A stretch of 64,000 nt of DNA from an uncultured Bacteroidales bacterium (GCA_905233625.1 CAJOFJ010000006.1:46176-110175), one strand, 5' to 3'; positions 10,563-20,715 are shown, counted from the stretch's first letter. Program-made: numbers and translations. Notes: a model not told the origin generated them from the sequence alone.

Positions 10563-11966
10563 ATGAAACTTGAATTTTTAGGTGCGACGGAAGAGGTGAC
10601 TGGTAGCAAGTTCCTGCTAACCACACAGAAAGGGACCAAAATACTGCTCGACTGCGGTATGTACCAAGGTAAAGGTTTGGAGACCGACAGCATGAACCGC
10701 GACCTGGGCTTCGACCCTAAGGAAATCGACTATCTGTTGCTGTCGCATGCCCATATTGACCATTCGGGACTGATTCCTTACATCTGGAAATTGGGCTTCC
10801 GGGGAACGGTGTTCTGCACCCACGCCACCCGCGACCTGTGCTCCATCATGCTGCCCGACAGCGGCCGCATCCAAGAGACGGATACCATACAGTTCAATAA
10901 GAAGCGCAGCAAACAAGGTCTGCCGCCCGTAGAACCTATCTACACCATGGAAGATGCCGCCAACGCCATGTCGCTGTTCGCCAGCTGGCCTTACGAGCAC
11001 GAATTTTTCATCGAGGAAGGCTTTTCGGTCAAGTTTGTGGATACAGGACACATGCTGGGAAGCAGCGCTGTCTATATCACTTTCAAGGAGAAACGGCGGA
11101 AAAGAACCCTTTGCTATACGGGCGATGTGGGCCGCTACGACAAGCGCATTTTGCCCGATCCCAAACCTTTCCCACAGGCCGACTATATCCTCACGGAGTC
11201 CACTTATGGCGACCGCCTGCACCCGTCAATAGACAATGCCGAGCAGGAACTGGCACTCATCGTCAAGGACGCTTGCGCCCAGAACAGAGGCAAACTGCTG
11301 ATTCCGTCCTTTGCCATCGGCCGTACCCAGGACATTGTCTATGCCCTGCACCGCTTGAAATTAGCGGGCGACCTACCCGATGTGGAAATCTTCGTGGATA
11401 GCCCCTTGGCGGTCTCCGCCACCAACATTTTCCGTCTGCATAAAGAATGCTTTAATGCTGATATGCAAGAATTTATGGAAAGTTCTTCCGACCCCTTCGG
11501 TTTCGAGAAACTGCATTATGTGCGCACCATCGACGACTCCAAAAAACTCAATACTTACAATCGTCCCTGCATCATCATTTCCGCATCGGGGATGATGGAA
11601 GCCGGGCGTATCAAACATCACCTGGCCAACAACATCGAGAATCCCCGCACCACCATCCTCTGCGTGGGTTACTGCTCCCCTACTACCTTGGGCGCCAAGA
11701 TTATGCGTGGCGACAAGCAAGTGTCCATCTTCGGCATGCTTTACAAAGTGAGAGCCGAGCTGAAATCCATCGAAGCCTTCTCCGGCCATGCCGACTACCA
11801 CGAACTCATTCAATATCTCTCTTGTCAGAATAAAAAGAAAATCAAGAAGTTATACATCGTCCATGGCGAGGGTGAAACACGCGAGCGCTATGCCGAGCAC
11901 CTGAGGGAAGCAGGATTTGCCACAGCGACGGTGCCAAGCTTTAGAGACACCGTTGAACTCAGTTAA
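10563..11966 (+). CDS. MBL-fold metallo-hydrolase of the beta-CASP RNA-metabolising type
   Basis: HAHIDHSG (HxHxDH), beta-CASP-like middle region, C-terminal GHAD; 467 aa. Confidence 0.8.
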   Translation: MKLEFLGATEEVTGSKFLLTTQKGTKILLDCGMYQGKGLETDSMNRDLGFDPKEIDYLLLSHAHIDHSGLIPYIWKLGFRGTVFCTHATRDLCSIMLPDSGRIQETDTIQFNKKRSKQGLPPVEPIYTMEDAANAMSLFASWPYEHEFFIEEGFSVKFVDTGHMLGSSAVYITFKEKRRKRTLCYTGDVGRYDKRILPDPKPFPQADYILTESTYGDRLHPSIDNAEQELALIVKDACAQNRGKLLIPSFAIGRTQDIVYALHRLKLAGDLPDVEIFVDSPLAVSATNIFRLHKECFNADMQEFMESSSDPFGFEKLHYVRTIDDSKKLNTYNRPCIIISASGMMEAGRIKHHLANNIENPRTTILCVGYCSPTTLGAKIMRGDKQVSIFGMLYKVRAELKSIEAFSGHADYHELIQYLSCQNKKKIKKLYIVHGEGETRERYAEHLREAGFATATVPSFRDTVELS

Positions 11967-12160
11967 GAGTTGAAAACTGAAAGTTGAAAGTTGAAAGTTA
12001 ATTATACTACCATGCCTTTCGGGCACCCGTTCATTTAGAAGGGGAATTCAAAATCCAAAGTTCAAAATTCAAAAAAAAACATTCTTAACTCTTAATTCTT
12101 AGTTCTTAATTTAATTAGCACATTAGCACATTGATAATTAGCACATTTAATAATTAAACA
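11962..12160. repeat. Heptamer-array module (GTTGAAA, GAATTCA-like, TTAAGAA, AATTAGCACAT words) plus GGGCACCC..TAGAAGGGG motif
   Basis: gttgaaaactgaaagttgaaagttgaaagtt; gggcacccgttcatttagaaggggaatt (12021-12048); cattcttaactcttaattcttagttcttaa; aattagcacattagcacattgataattagcacatt. Confidence 0.8.
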
Positions 12161-12172
12161 AATCAACAATAA

Positions 12173-13534
12173 ATGAAGATTCACTTTATCGCTATCGGCG
12201 GGAGCGCCATGCACAACTTGGCCATCGCCCTGAAACTGAAAGGATACGAAATCACCGGTTCTGACGACGAAATCTTTGAGCCGGCGAAAGGAAGATTACA
12301 GAAATATGGCATTCTGCCCGACAGCATCGGTTGGAATCCCGACAAAATCACTGCGGATTTAGATGCCGTCATCTTGGGTATGCACGCCCGCGAGGACAAT
12401 CCCGAACTGTTGAAAGCCAAAGAGTTAGGCATCAAGATTTTCTCCTATCCTGAATTCCTGTACGAGCAGAGCAAGGACAAATGCCGCATTGTGGTGGGTG
12501 GCAGCCACGGCAAGACCACCATCACCTCCATGATTATCCATGTGCTACAGCAGAATGGCATCGATTGCGACTACATGGTGGGCGCACAGTTGGCCGGTTT
12601 CGAAGTCATGGTGAAACTCAGTGAGAGCGCGAAAATCATGGTCATCGAGGGTGACGAATACCTTACCTCCCCCATCGACCGCAGACCGAAATTCCATCTG
12701 TACCAGCCCAATGTGGGGATCATCAGCGGCATTGCCTGGGATCATGTCAACGTGTTCCCGACCTTTGACATTTACGTCAAGCAATTCGAGATTTTCGCCA
12801 ATATGATTCCCGCCGACGGTCGGTTCATTTATTGCAACGACGATCCGGTGTTGAGCGAGATGAGTCAGAAAATCACCCAAACCAACAAGTTCCCCTATAC
12901 CGTTCATCCATACCATATTGACAACGGTATCAGCTATTTGGAAACCCCATACGGCAATATCCCCTTGCAGATTTTCGGCCGCCACAATCTCAGTAACCTG
13001 AACGCTGCCCGTCTGGCCTGCCAGGCTGTAGGCGTAAGCGATGAGAATTTCTATAAGGCTATCCAGAGCTTCAAAGGCGCTTCCAAACGTCTGGAGTTGG
13101 TGGACAAGAACGACAATTGCGCTGTCTATAAAGACTTTGCCCACTCGCCCTCCAAGCTGAAAGCCACTGTGTGTGCCGTGCGCGAACAGTTCCCCGACCG
13201 GAAACTCATTGCCTGCATGGAGTTGCACACCTTCAGCAGCCTCACCGGACAATTCCTCAAAGAGTACAAAGGTGCTATGAATCAGGCCGATGAAAGCATC
13301 GTCTTTTTTGATCCTCATGCCATCGCCCTCAAAAAATTACCACCTATCACCGCAGAGATGATCAAGGAGGCTTTCCAATGCCCTGGGCTGGAAGTCTTCA
13401 GTGATTCCAAACAACTCCATGACAGACTTTTAAACCATGAGGCAGGGAAAGTAGTCTATTTATTAATGTCTTCTGGTAATTTTGGAGGCATCAATATTGA
13501 TGAATTGGGAAAGACAATCATATCAAACCGATAA
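12173..13534 (+). CDS. mpl: Mur ligase family, UDP-N-acetylmuramate:L-Ala-D-Glu-mDAP ligase (Mpl)-like
   Basis: MKIHFIAIGGSAMHNLA N-terminus, GGSHGKTT P-loop, 453 aa. Confidence 0.7.
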   Translation: MKIHFIAIGGSAMHNLAIALKLKGYEITGSDDEIFEPAKGRLQKYGILPDSIGWNPDKITADLDAVILGMHAREDNPELLKAKELGIKIFSYPEFLYEQSKDKCRIVVGGSHGKTTITSMIIHVLQQNGIDCDYMVGAQLAGFEVMVKLSESAKIMVIEGDEYLTSPIDRRPKFHLYQPNVGIISGIAWDHVNVFPTFDIYVKQFEIFANMIPADGRFIYCNDDPVLSEMSQKITQTNKFPYTVHPYHIDNGISYLETPYGNIPLQIFGRHNLSNLNAARLACQAVGVSDENFYKAIQSFKGASKRLELVDKNDNCAVYKDFAHSPSKLKATVCAVREQFPDRKLIACMELHTFSSLTGQFLKEYKGAMNQADESIVFFDPHAIALKKLPPITAEMIKEAFQCPGLEVFSDSKQLHDRLLNHEAGKVVYLLMSSGNFGGINIDELGKTIISNR

Positions 13535-13538
13535 TCCT

Positions 13539-13566
13539 GTAGAGACACACGGTTATGCGTCTTTAC
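13539..13566. repeat. 28-nt palindromic element (GTAGAGAC...GTCTTTAC), degenerate copy, 3' of mpl
   Basis: gtagagacacacggttatgcgtctttac; arms 8/10 complementary; same family as 15311, 32449, 51935, 51986 and 52037. Confidence 0.7.
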
Positions 13567-13691
13567 GAAAATATATTATACACAATGTATGTTATTCGGA
13601 ATTTTTGTGTACCTTTGCAGGTTATTAATCTAATATCAATTATACATAATAATAAAGGGTAAACAATTAAAAATCAAAAACATAAACAAAA

Positions 13692-14786
13692 ATGAAAAAG
13701 ATTCTTTTAACAGTTTTTTCCGTTGTGATTGCCGTTTTAGGTTTTGCACAACCTAAAATTCAGTTTGATCAGACTACTTACGATTTTGGATTGATCAAAG
13801 AAGAAGGTGGAAAAGTAACCGCCCGTTTCAATTTCACCAATGTGGGTACAGAAGACCTGATTTTGAAGTCAGTTCGTCCCGGTTGCGGCTGTACAGCTGC
13901 CAACTATACCAAAACAGCTATTGCCCCTGGTCAGAGAGGTTTCATCGATGCTACTTACAATCCTGCCAATCGTCCCGGTTCGTTCAACAAAAATATTAAA
14001 GTGACGACCAACGAACCCGAGATGCAGGTAGAAAAGCCCACTCCTCACATGATATATATCAAGGGCAATGTTACCCCGAAACCGAAAACTCCTTTTGAAA
14101 AAGAAGGATATACCCTTGGAAAAGGCATGGTTCGTATCAAAACCAACACAACCAAGTTGGAACTCCTGAACACTGAACAGCATCTGGACACTTTCCAAAT
14201 CAAGAATTTCGGCACCAAGCCTGTGAACGTAATACTCAATAATAACAGTTTTGTCAGCGAAGCATACCGTAGCTTTGGTTCCGAAATCCAAGGCGGTGAA
14301 GAAGGTATTGTGGTATTGAAATACGATGCCTCCAAACGTAATGATTTCGGTACCATTAAAGATGCCATCTCATTTACTACCAACGACTCCATCGAACCTA
14401 AGAAAGAAATTTACTATCAGGTAAATATTAAGGAAGATTTCTCCAAACTGAGCGCCGGTAAATTGAAAAAAGCTCCGGTGTTGAATCTGAGCAAGACTTT
14501 CATTGATTTCGGAAAAGTGAAACAAAATACAGCTGCCAACGAAACCATCGTCCTGAAAAACGATGGCAAGAGCGACCTGATTATCCGTAAATTTGAAGCC
14601 AATAGCTCCAATATCAAGATTGATTGTCCTAAAACAGTGCTGAAAAAAGGTGAATCTATTGAGGTAAAAGTCACCTACAATAGCAAACAAAACAAAGGTA
14701 AACAAACTCACTCTATCACACTGATCACCAACGATCCAACAAATTCTCAGATTACCATCAATACCAAAGCCGAGAATTTACAATAA
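13692..14786 (+). CDS. DUF1573 domain-containing secreted protein (three repeats)
   Basis: Signal peptide; SVRPGCGCT motif typical of DUF1573. Confidence 0.75.
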   Translation: MKKILLTVFSVVIAVLGFAQPKIQFDQTTYDFGLIKEEGGKVTARFNFTNVGTEDLILKSVRPGCGCTAANYTKTAIAPGQRGFIDATYNPANRPGSFNKNIKVTTNEPEMQVEKPTPHMIYIKGNVTPKPKTPFEKEGYTLGKGMVRIKTNTTKLELLNTEQHLDTFQIKNFGTKPVNVILNNNSFVSEAYRSFGSEIQGGEEGIVVLKYDASKRNDFGTIKDAISFTTNDSIEPKKEIYYQVNIKEDFSKLSAGKLKKAPVLNLSKTFIDFGKVKQNTAANETIVLKNDGKSDLIIRKFEANSSNIKIDCPKTVLKKGESIEVKVTYNSKQNKGKQTHSITLITNDPTNSQITINTKAENLQ

Positions 14787-15737
14787 TTTCCAATCCGCGA
14801 TTTTCAAGTCATCATCTTGCAGAATCGCCAGATAATTCAAATAGCGCGAGGAAGGTATCTTACCTTCCTCGACTGCTTTTAAAACAGCGCATCCCGGCTC
14901 GTGCACATGCATGCAGTTGTCAAAACGGCAACAGTTGTTATACTGGCGAAGCTCCGGAAAATAGTCACGTATTTCTTCCTTGGAATATTGTATCAGGCCG
15001 AACTCCTTGATGCCAGGTGTATCAATGATAAAGCCATCAACCGACTCGATATAATACATTTGCGCGAAAGTAGTGGTGTGTTTCCCCTTGTTGTGAACAG
15101 AGGATATCTCCCCTATTTTGATGTCCATTTCGGGTGCCACTGCCTTGATAAGGGCGGACTTTCCCACGCCGGAATGACCGCTGAACAGCACCGTCTTGCC
15201 CTGCATAAGCTGCTTGAGGCTTTCGATGCCCTCCATGGTGACGGTAGAGGTCCTTAAGGTCTTGTAACCAATGCCTTCGTATAAATTCTCCAGTTCTTCA
15301 ACCGTATTCAGTAGAGACGGGGCACGCCCCGTCTCTACATTGTCATATAAATCTATTTTATTGAAAACCAAGCACACGGGAATTCTGAAACCTTCGGCGG
15401 CGAGTAAAAAGCGGTCGATAAAACCCAGAGATGTGCGAGGCTCTTTCAGTGTGACCACCAGAAAAGCCTGGTCGATATTGCTGGCGATCAGGTGACTGAT
15501 TTTTGATAATTTGGTGGATTTCCGGTCGATATAGTTCTTACGCGGCTCGATGGTGGTAATCCAGCCGTTGCCGTCATTTTCGAGCTCATACTGCACAAAA
15601 TCGCCCACCACCACCGGGTTGGTGTTCTTGATTCCCTTGATACGGAACTGTCCACGCAGGCGGCACGGGATGACGCTGCCGTCCTCCTGCCGCACCTCGT
15701 ACCAGCTTCCCGTCGATTTTACCACAAGGCCTTTCAT
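14778..15737 (-). CDS. rsgA: Ribosome small-subunit-dependent GTPase A
   Basis: Circularly permuted GTPase motifs (NKIDL ... GHSGVGKS), C-terminal zinc motif CRFDNCMHVHEPGC. Confidence 0.9.
   Translation of the reverse strand: MKGLVVKSTGSWYEVRQEDGSVIPCRLRGQFRIKGIKNTNPVVVGDFVQYELENDGNGWITTIEPRKNYIDRKSTKLSKISHLIASNIDQAFLVVTLKEPRTSLGFIDRFLLAAEGFRIPVCLVFNKIDLYDNVETGRAPSLLNTVEELENLYEGIGYKTLRTSTVTMEGIESLKQLMQGKTVLFSGHSGVGKSALIKAVAPEMDIKIGEISSVHNKGKHTTTFAQMYYIESVDGFIIDTPGIKEFGLIQYSKEEIRDYFPELRQYNNCCRFDNCMHVHEPGCAVLKAVEEGKIPSSRYLNYLAILQDDDLKIADWKLL
15311..15338. repeat. 28-nt perfect palindromic element inserted in-frame in rsgA
   Basis: gtagagacggggcacgccccgtctctac (12-bp arms); read as NVETGRAPSLLNT in RsgA. 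Confidence 0.85.
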
Positions 15738-15830
15738 CTTTTATTACATTTATTTTTTTATATACTCTACTTTCGTCCAACCATCTCACGCCGATAAGTT
15801 TGTTAGAGTAGTATCGGTTCGTAGGCTTAG

Positions 15831-16814
15831 CTATACCATTTGTATAACTTCCCAATGTCCGCCTTTTGCTCCGCCCACACGCTGTATGATGCCGTCCATC
15901 CGAAGCTGGCGTATGTTTTTCTTTACCCCGCTTTCTGAAAGCCCAGTGATTTCTTGCAACTCGCTAATGGTAACAGAGGGATTCTCTCGCATGGCATTAA
16001 CAATTTTCTGGTTACTTTTCCAGTTACTTTTTTGGTTACTTTTCGACATTTCTTCTAACGCTTCCTTCAAGCAACCCAGCATGAAATCAATGAACGGGCC
16101 GGATTGCCCTAGTTTGCTGCTCACACCGATGGCATTGTAATAGGCTTGTTGGTTGGCATAGACCATATTTTCAACAGGCAAATGCTCGAACAAGGGATGC
16201 AACTTGCCCAAAATCAACGACTGCCACAACCTGCCCATCCTGCCATTGCCGTCAATGAACGGATGGATGAACTCAAATTCGAAATGGAATACACATGAAC
16301 GGATGAGCAGATGGTCTTTCGAGGATTTCAGCCAAGCAAAAAGGTCGGACATCAACATGGGTACTCTGTCTGCGGGTGGCGCCAAATGCACTAAACCTTT
16401 TTCGCCCAATACCCCTACTCCGCCAATTCTGTATCGTCCCGAATGGTCAACCAAGGCCTGCATCATCACGCCATGCGCCTTGAGTAAATCCTTTTCCTTG
16501 AAGGCATCCAAAGAGGGGTAAAGATCGTAGGTAGCAATGGCATTTTTCACTTCTTGTATCTGACGTAGAGGAGCCACAACATTCTTACCCTCAAGGATAT
16601 CACGGACTTCATCCTCGCTCAAGGTATTGCCTTCTATGGCCAGCGACGAATGGATGGTCTTGATACGGTTTGCCTTGCGTAGTCGCAAACCGTCTTCCTG
16701 TTCAAGACGAATAGCATAGCGCTCTATCAATGCCGATATTTCCGCTATCAGATTGATGGCTTCCGCACTCACCGTGAACGATGGTATGTAGCCGGGGTCG
16801 TTCTTCTTTGCCAT
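15831..16814 (-). CDS. Fic family protein with C-terminal winged-helix
   Basis: HPFIDGNGRMGR = Fic motif HxFx(D/E)GNGRxxR; 327 aa. Confidence 0.85.
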   Translation of the reverse strand: MAKKNDPGYIPSFTVSAEAINLIAEISALIERYAIRLEQEDGLRLRKANRIKTIHSSLAIEGNTLSEDEVRDILEGKNVVAPLRQIQEVKNAIATYDLYPSLDAFKEKDLLKAHGVMMQALVDHSGRYRIGGVGVLGEKGLVHLAPPADRVPMLMSDLFAWLKSSKDHLLIRSCVFHFEFEFIHPFIDGNGRMGRLWQSLILGKLHPLFEHLPVENMVYANQQAYYNAIGVSSKLGQSGPFIDFMLGCLKEALEEMSKSNQKSNWKSNQKIVNAMRENPSVTISELQEITGLSESGVKKNIRQLRMDGIIQRVGGAKGGHWEVIQMV

Positions 16815-17060
16815 AGCCTTATAATTTTATTCCATTCGCCCTAATCCATATTAATTAGAGATGAAATCAAGTCGTTTTGACCAAATAGTTTAACATTGCA
16901 AAGATACTCTTTTTTCCGCAATCGGCAAAATATTCAATCATACTGATTCATAAAAACAAAAAAAATGTATTTTTGCAAAATCATAGTTTGAGATCTGTTA
17001 ACTCTCGTACACTGACAAATCGAAGCATCTGATATCAATAACATTTAAATAACATACAAA

Positions 17061-18547
17061 ATGAAGCGTATCACTTTTTTCCTTTTATTGTGTCTTCTCA
17101 TCTCTTTGAGATCGACAGCACAAACCCAGGACAGTCTCATTGCCATACCCAATGGCAGTTTCGAAAACTGGTCCAATGGCAGCGGCTATAGTGTGTCTGT
17201 ACTGTTCTTTTCCTTGCCGGTTTATAACAACTACACCTATCCTACCGATTGGAATTTCCCAACTTACCCAGTGAATCAATCTATTACTTATTCGGGAATA
17301 AATGTAAATGTAAACACCGACCTGCCATTAATTAAATTATCCAACGAAAACAGTGGTGCTGTGGACGGCAGCCACGCGCTGAAAATGCAAAGCTTTATGC
17401 TCTCCGACATCATCGGGTCCACCGTGTATAGCCTGGCCTCGTCTTCACTCGACCCTATGATGACTAACTCCGTCTTCTCCACAGTACTGTCAACCGGTGT
17501 GGTGGATATCATGCAATTTCTGCCTATGATGAACAGCATCACTTCCAACTTCGGAAATCTCCCCCAACTGTTATCCTTATTCGATGGAATGGATATGAAT
17601 ACTTTGATTAACGGTGGTATTCCGCTCAACGGCACATTTCCCGGCCGACTGACCGGATATTACAAATATACCGAAGCAGGTAGCGGGGACAACGGCGGAG
17701 TATTGTTGCTGGGCACTAAATATAATCCGGAAACACACCGGCGTGAGGTAGTGGGGGCCGGCTACAATGTTGCACTGACTGAAACCTCTTCCTATACTCC
17801 TTTTGAAGTGGTTTACAATCCGCTGTCGGTTATTGATCCCTCCACCTCATACGAGGAAGCAGACTCGCTGGTGATTTTTCTTTTCTCATCGGCCAATCCT
17901 TATCCGCAGCAGGGTTCAGCCCTTTTCCTTGACCATCTGCAACTTTGGGCTGGAGAAGCTCCCCAACCTGACACCTGCAGCGCCATTTTCAATCTGACCG
18001 TTTCAGATGTGGACACCATGCACGCCACGCTGAGCTGGACTTACGAAGGCGAACCCGATCATTTTGAAGCTGAATACGGCGTTCAGGGCTTTGCTCCCAG
18101 CAATGGAACACCCGTCAATACCAACAGTAGCAGTCTGTTTCTGACGGACTTACAGCCCGACAGCTATTACGACGTGTATGTGCGCTGCGTATGTGACGAG
18201 TCTCTTATGGGCGAATGGGCCATGATCAGCTTCCATACCGACACGCTACGCTCGTGCCGCCAGCTGTAAATCCCGAAGACACCACAGGGGGTGACACTAC
18301 CGGCATCCAGCGATTTGCTACCAAGCTGCTCTCCGTCTATCCCAATCCGGCACATGGACAATGTATGGTGCACTTCACGCAAGAAATGCCCAAAATCATA
18401 AGACTTTACACCATAGAGGGAGCCTTGATCCAGGAAGTCATTCCCACCAAAGAAACACTGGAACTGACACTCCCCAGCAAAGGCGTTTTCATTCTCAAGT
18501 GTGAAATGAAAGAAGGAACGGTGGTACGGAAGATTGTGAATCAATAA
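17061..18547 (+). pseudogene. Secreted FN3-containing T9SS cargo protein, disrupted by a 5-bp tandem duplication
   Basis: ORF 17061..18269 has a signal peptide. ORF 18215..18547 carries the T9SS type A C-terminal sorting domain (LSVYPNPAHGQ...GVFILKCEMKEG). ACGCT ACGCT at 18243-18252; removing one copy fuses the two frames. Confidence 0.75.
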
Positions 18548-18572
18548 TACGACAATTCGTCAGCAAAAAAAC

Positions 18573-18605
18573 GACATCTTGTCACAAAAGTGGACAATTT
18601 GTCCA
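18573..18605. promoter_or_regulatory. Two GACA-N3-TGTC palindromes, 20 bp centre to centre, upstream of the hsp20 sigma-54 promoter
   Basis: gacatcttgtc (18573-18583) and tggacaatttgtcca (18591-18605). Confidence 0.5.
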
Positions 18606-18636
18606 TAAAAGGGCGTACCGGAGCGAAAAAACACTT

Positions 18637-18652
18637 TGGCACGCCTTTTGCA
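18637..18652 (+). promoter_or_regulatory. Sigma-54 (-24/-12) promoter
   Basis: TGGCACGCCTTTTGCA matches TGGCACG-N4-TTGCW at every specified position. Lies 77 nt upstream of the hsp20 ATG. Confidence 0.7.
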
Positions 18653-18728
18653 ATAATAGAGGCGGCTGCGAAAGCGAAAGCGGACGCAGCCCAACAAAAT
18701 GTCTAACAATTAAAAATGGAGGTGTATT

Positions 18729-19154
18729 ATGCTACCAGTTATGTTTAAAAACAGTTGGTTTCCAACAGTATTTGAAGATTTCTTGAACAATGATTTTATG
18801 CCTCGTGCCAACACAACAGCACCGGCAGTCAATGTGAAAGAGGATGAAAAAGCCTACACGATGGAAGTTGCCTCTCCTGGCATTAAGAAAGAGTTCTGCC
18901 GTGTGAGCATCAACGACGAGGGCAATCTGAGTGTCGCCATTGAAAACAAATTCGAACACAAAGAAAGCGAGAAAAAACACCACTATCTGCGTCGTGAGTT
19001 CTCTTATACCAACTATGAGCAGTGCTACTCGCTGCCCGAAGATGTCGATAAAGAGAATATCGCCGCCAAGGTGGAGGACGGAATCCTGACCGTGACCCTG
19101 CCGAGAATTCAGAAAGCGGAACAGAAACTCTCACGTAACATCACCATCGGATAA
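18729..19154 (+). CDS. Hsp20/alpha-crystallin small heat-shock protein
   Basis: 141 aa; alpha-crystallin domain ending AKVEDGILTVTLPR. Confidence 0.85.
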   Translation: MLPVMFKNSWFPTVFEDFLNNDFMPRANTTAPAVNVKEDEKAYTMEVASPGIKKEFCRVSINDEGNLSVAIENKFEHKESEKKHHYLRREFSYTNYEQCYSLPEDVDKENIAAKVEDGILTVTLPRIQKAEQKLSRNITIG

Positions 19155-19179
19155 TCTTCCCATTGTGAGACAACGGATT

Positions 19180-19214
19180 AAGCCGCAGCCGCGAGGTTGT
19201 GGCTTTTTTGTTTT
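19180..19214 (+). terminator. Intrinsic terminator after hsp20
   Basis: 11-bp stem AAGCCGCAGCC/GGTTGTGGCTT (two G-U pairs), GCGA loop, then TTTTTGTTTT. Confidence 0.75.
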
Positions 19215-19238
19215 CGCTAATCATATCGTTGCATATTA

Positions 19239-20366
19239 TCAGTTTCCAGGGTTGTTCTCATTGAATTCGTCAATCCATTCTTTCAGTTTGGCCTGCAACA
19301 ACGTCTTGTCGGGCAAGTACAACGAATATTGTGCCGCATACACATTGGCATCATCTGGCAGGGTCAGTTCCACCAAGGCATCATTCTTCTCCTCGCACAG
19401 CAATATGCCAATGGTTGGCTTTTCAAATTCCTGCCTCACATAACGATCGTAATAGTTGACATACATCTGCATCTGCCCTAAATCCTGATGGGTAAGTTTT
19501 CCCGTCTTCAAATCAATAAGGATATAGCATTGGAGCAAACGGTTGTAAAACACCAAGTCAACGTAGAAGTGTTGCTCGTCAAAAGTAAAGCGTTTCTGCC
19601 TTGCCTCAAAGAGGAATCCCTTGCCCATTTCCAATAGAAATTGCTGCATCTTGCCGATTATAGCATTCTCAAGTTTAGTTTCGGTATAGATGACATCAGG
19701 TTTGAGTCCCAGAAATTCCAATGTGACAGGGTTTTTGATGATGTCGTCTGGCTTTTCCATCGTTTGTCCCTCACAAGCCAAGCGCATCACTTCATCCTTG
19801 TTGCGACTTAACGCAAGTCGTTCATATAGGCAGCTGCCGACTTGGCGGCTGAGTTGCCGTACACTCCACTGCTGCTGTGAACATTCAATTTCATAGAAAC
19901 TACGAGCATCGGGATTTTCAACCCTCATGAGAATGAGATAATGGCTCCACGAGAGAGTAAAACGTGGTTGCCGAATTTGCGCAACACTGTTGCTCATATC
20001 ACCAATATCTTGTTTACCAATATCTTGTAATTTGCGCAACACTGTTGCCTCAATTTGCGGATGAGCGTATGATTGATAAAAAAGCCTGCATCTTTTTAAT
20101 GTATCATAAGTCCAGTCTTCACCAAATTTTTCCATCAGTTTCCTGGATAATTGTCGTAATAAATCTTTGCCATAAGCCGCCCTTCCCCCTTGTTGTTCAT
20201 CTTCGAAAATATAGCAACCAACTTCATAGCGGGCTTTCACCTCGGCAACATTCGCTGTAACATAAACAAAATTTCGCGATTGTTCGATGATAGCCGACAC
20301 TTTTTCAAACAAAGCAGTCAATCTTCCATCCTGCGTATTGCTCAACTCATTCTTTTTCATTTCCAT
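19239..20366 (-). CDS. YhcG-type PDDEXK nuclease (DUF1016)
   Basis: 375 aa; C-terminal YVDLVFYNRLLQCYILIDLKTGK = D...(D/E)xK core typical of DUF1016. Confidence 0.75.
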   Translation of the reverse strand: MEMKKNELSNTQDGRLTALFEKVSAIIEQSRNFVYVTANVAEVKARYEVGCYIFEDEQQGGRAAYGKDLLRQLSRKLMEKFGEDWTYDTLKRCRLFYQSYAHPQIEATVLRKLQDIGKQDIGDMSNSVAQIRQPRFTLSWSHYLILMRVENPDARSFYEIECSQQQWSVRQLSRQVGSCLYERLALSRNKDEVMRLACEGQTMEKPDDIIKNPVTLEFLGLKPDVIYTETKLENAIIGKMQQFLLEMGKGFLFEARQKRFTFDEQHFYVDLVFYNRLLQCYILIDLKTGKLTHQDLGQMQMYVNYYDRYVRQEFEKPTIGILLCEEKNDALVELTLPDDANVYAAQYSLYLPDKTLLQAKLKEWIDEFNENNPGN

Positions 20367-20694
20367 AACTATACATCAATTAACATCTACCGTTTCAAAA
20401 AAATTGTCAGTCCATTCACATTTCTCGTAGGGAGTGTAATCCATGTGAAAAAACTTTCTAGGTTGAAAAAACAATTTTCAGATTACATCCGCAAATGTAC
20501 ACAAAATTCTCGAATAACATACCCGTTATTTTTTTCGTATGCAGACCACGAATGCGCCTACAACTAAAACACTGAAAATCAATGGCATAAATTTTCAACA
20601 AAATTTTAGATAATCTTTTTATTATTTTTATATTATTCGATAAAATAAGTAGTAATTTTTTATATATTTGCAGCGCAAAAAAAAACATAAAACA

Positions 20695-20715
20695 CTATGC
20701 CATAAATTGGCATGG
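20695..20715. promoter_or_regulatory. 21-bp palindromic operator, copy A
   Basis: CTATGCCA-TAAAT-TGGCATGG; ends exactly 8 nt before GATATTTG (20724-20731), a 7/8 match to the -7 box. Confidence 0.6.

Noticed and set aside
15831-16814. Fic gene as part of a toxin-antitoxin or defense pair
   Set aside because: There is no small partner ORF on either side, and it sits between housekeeping rsgA and a secreted protein gene. Nothing beyond a stand-alone Fic/wHTH protein can be supported.
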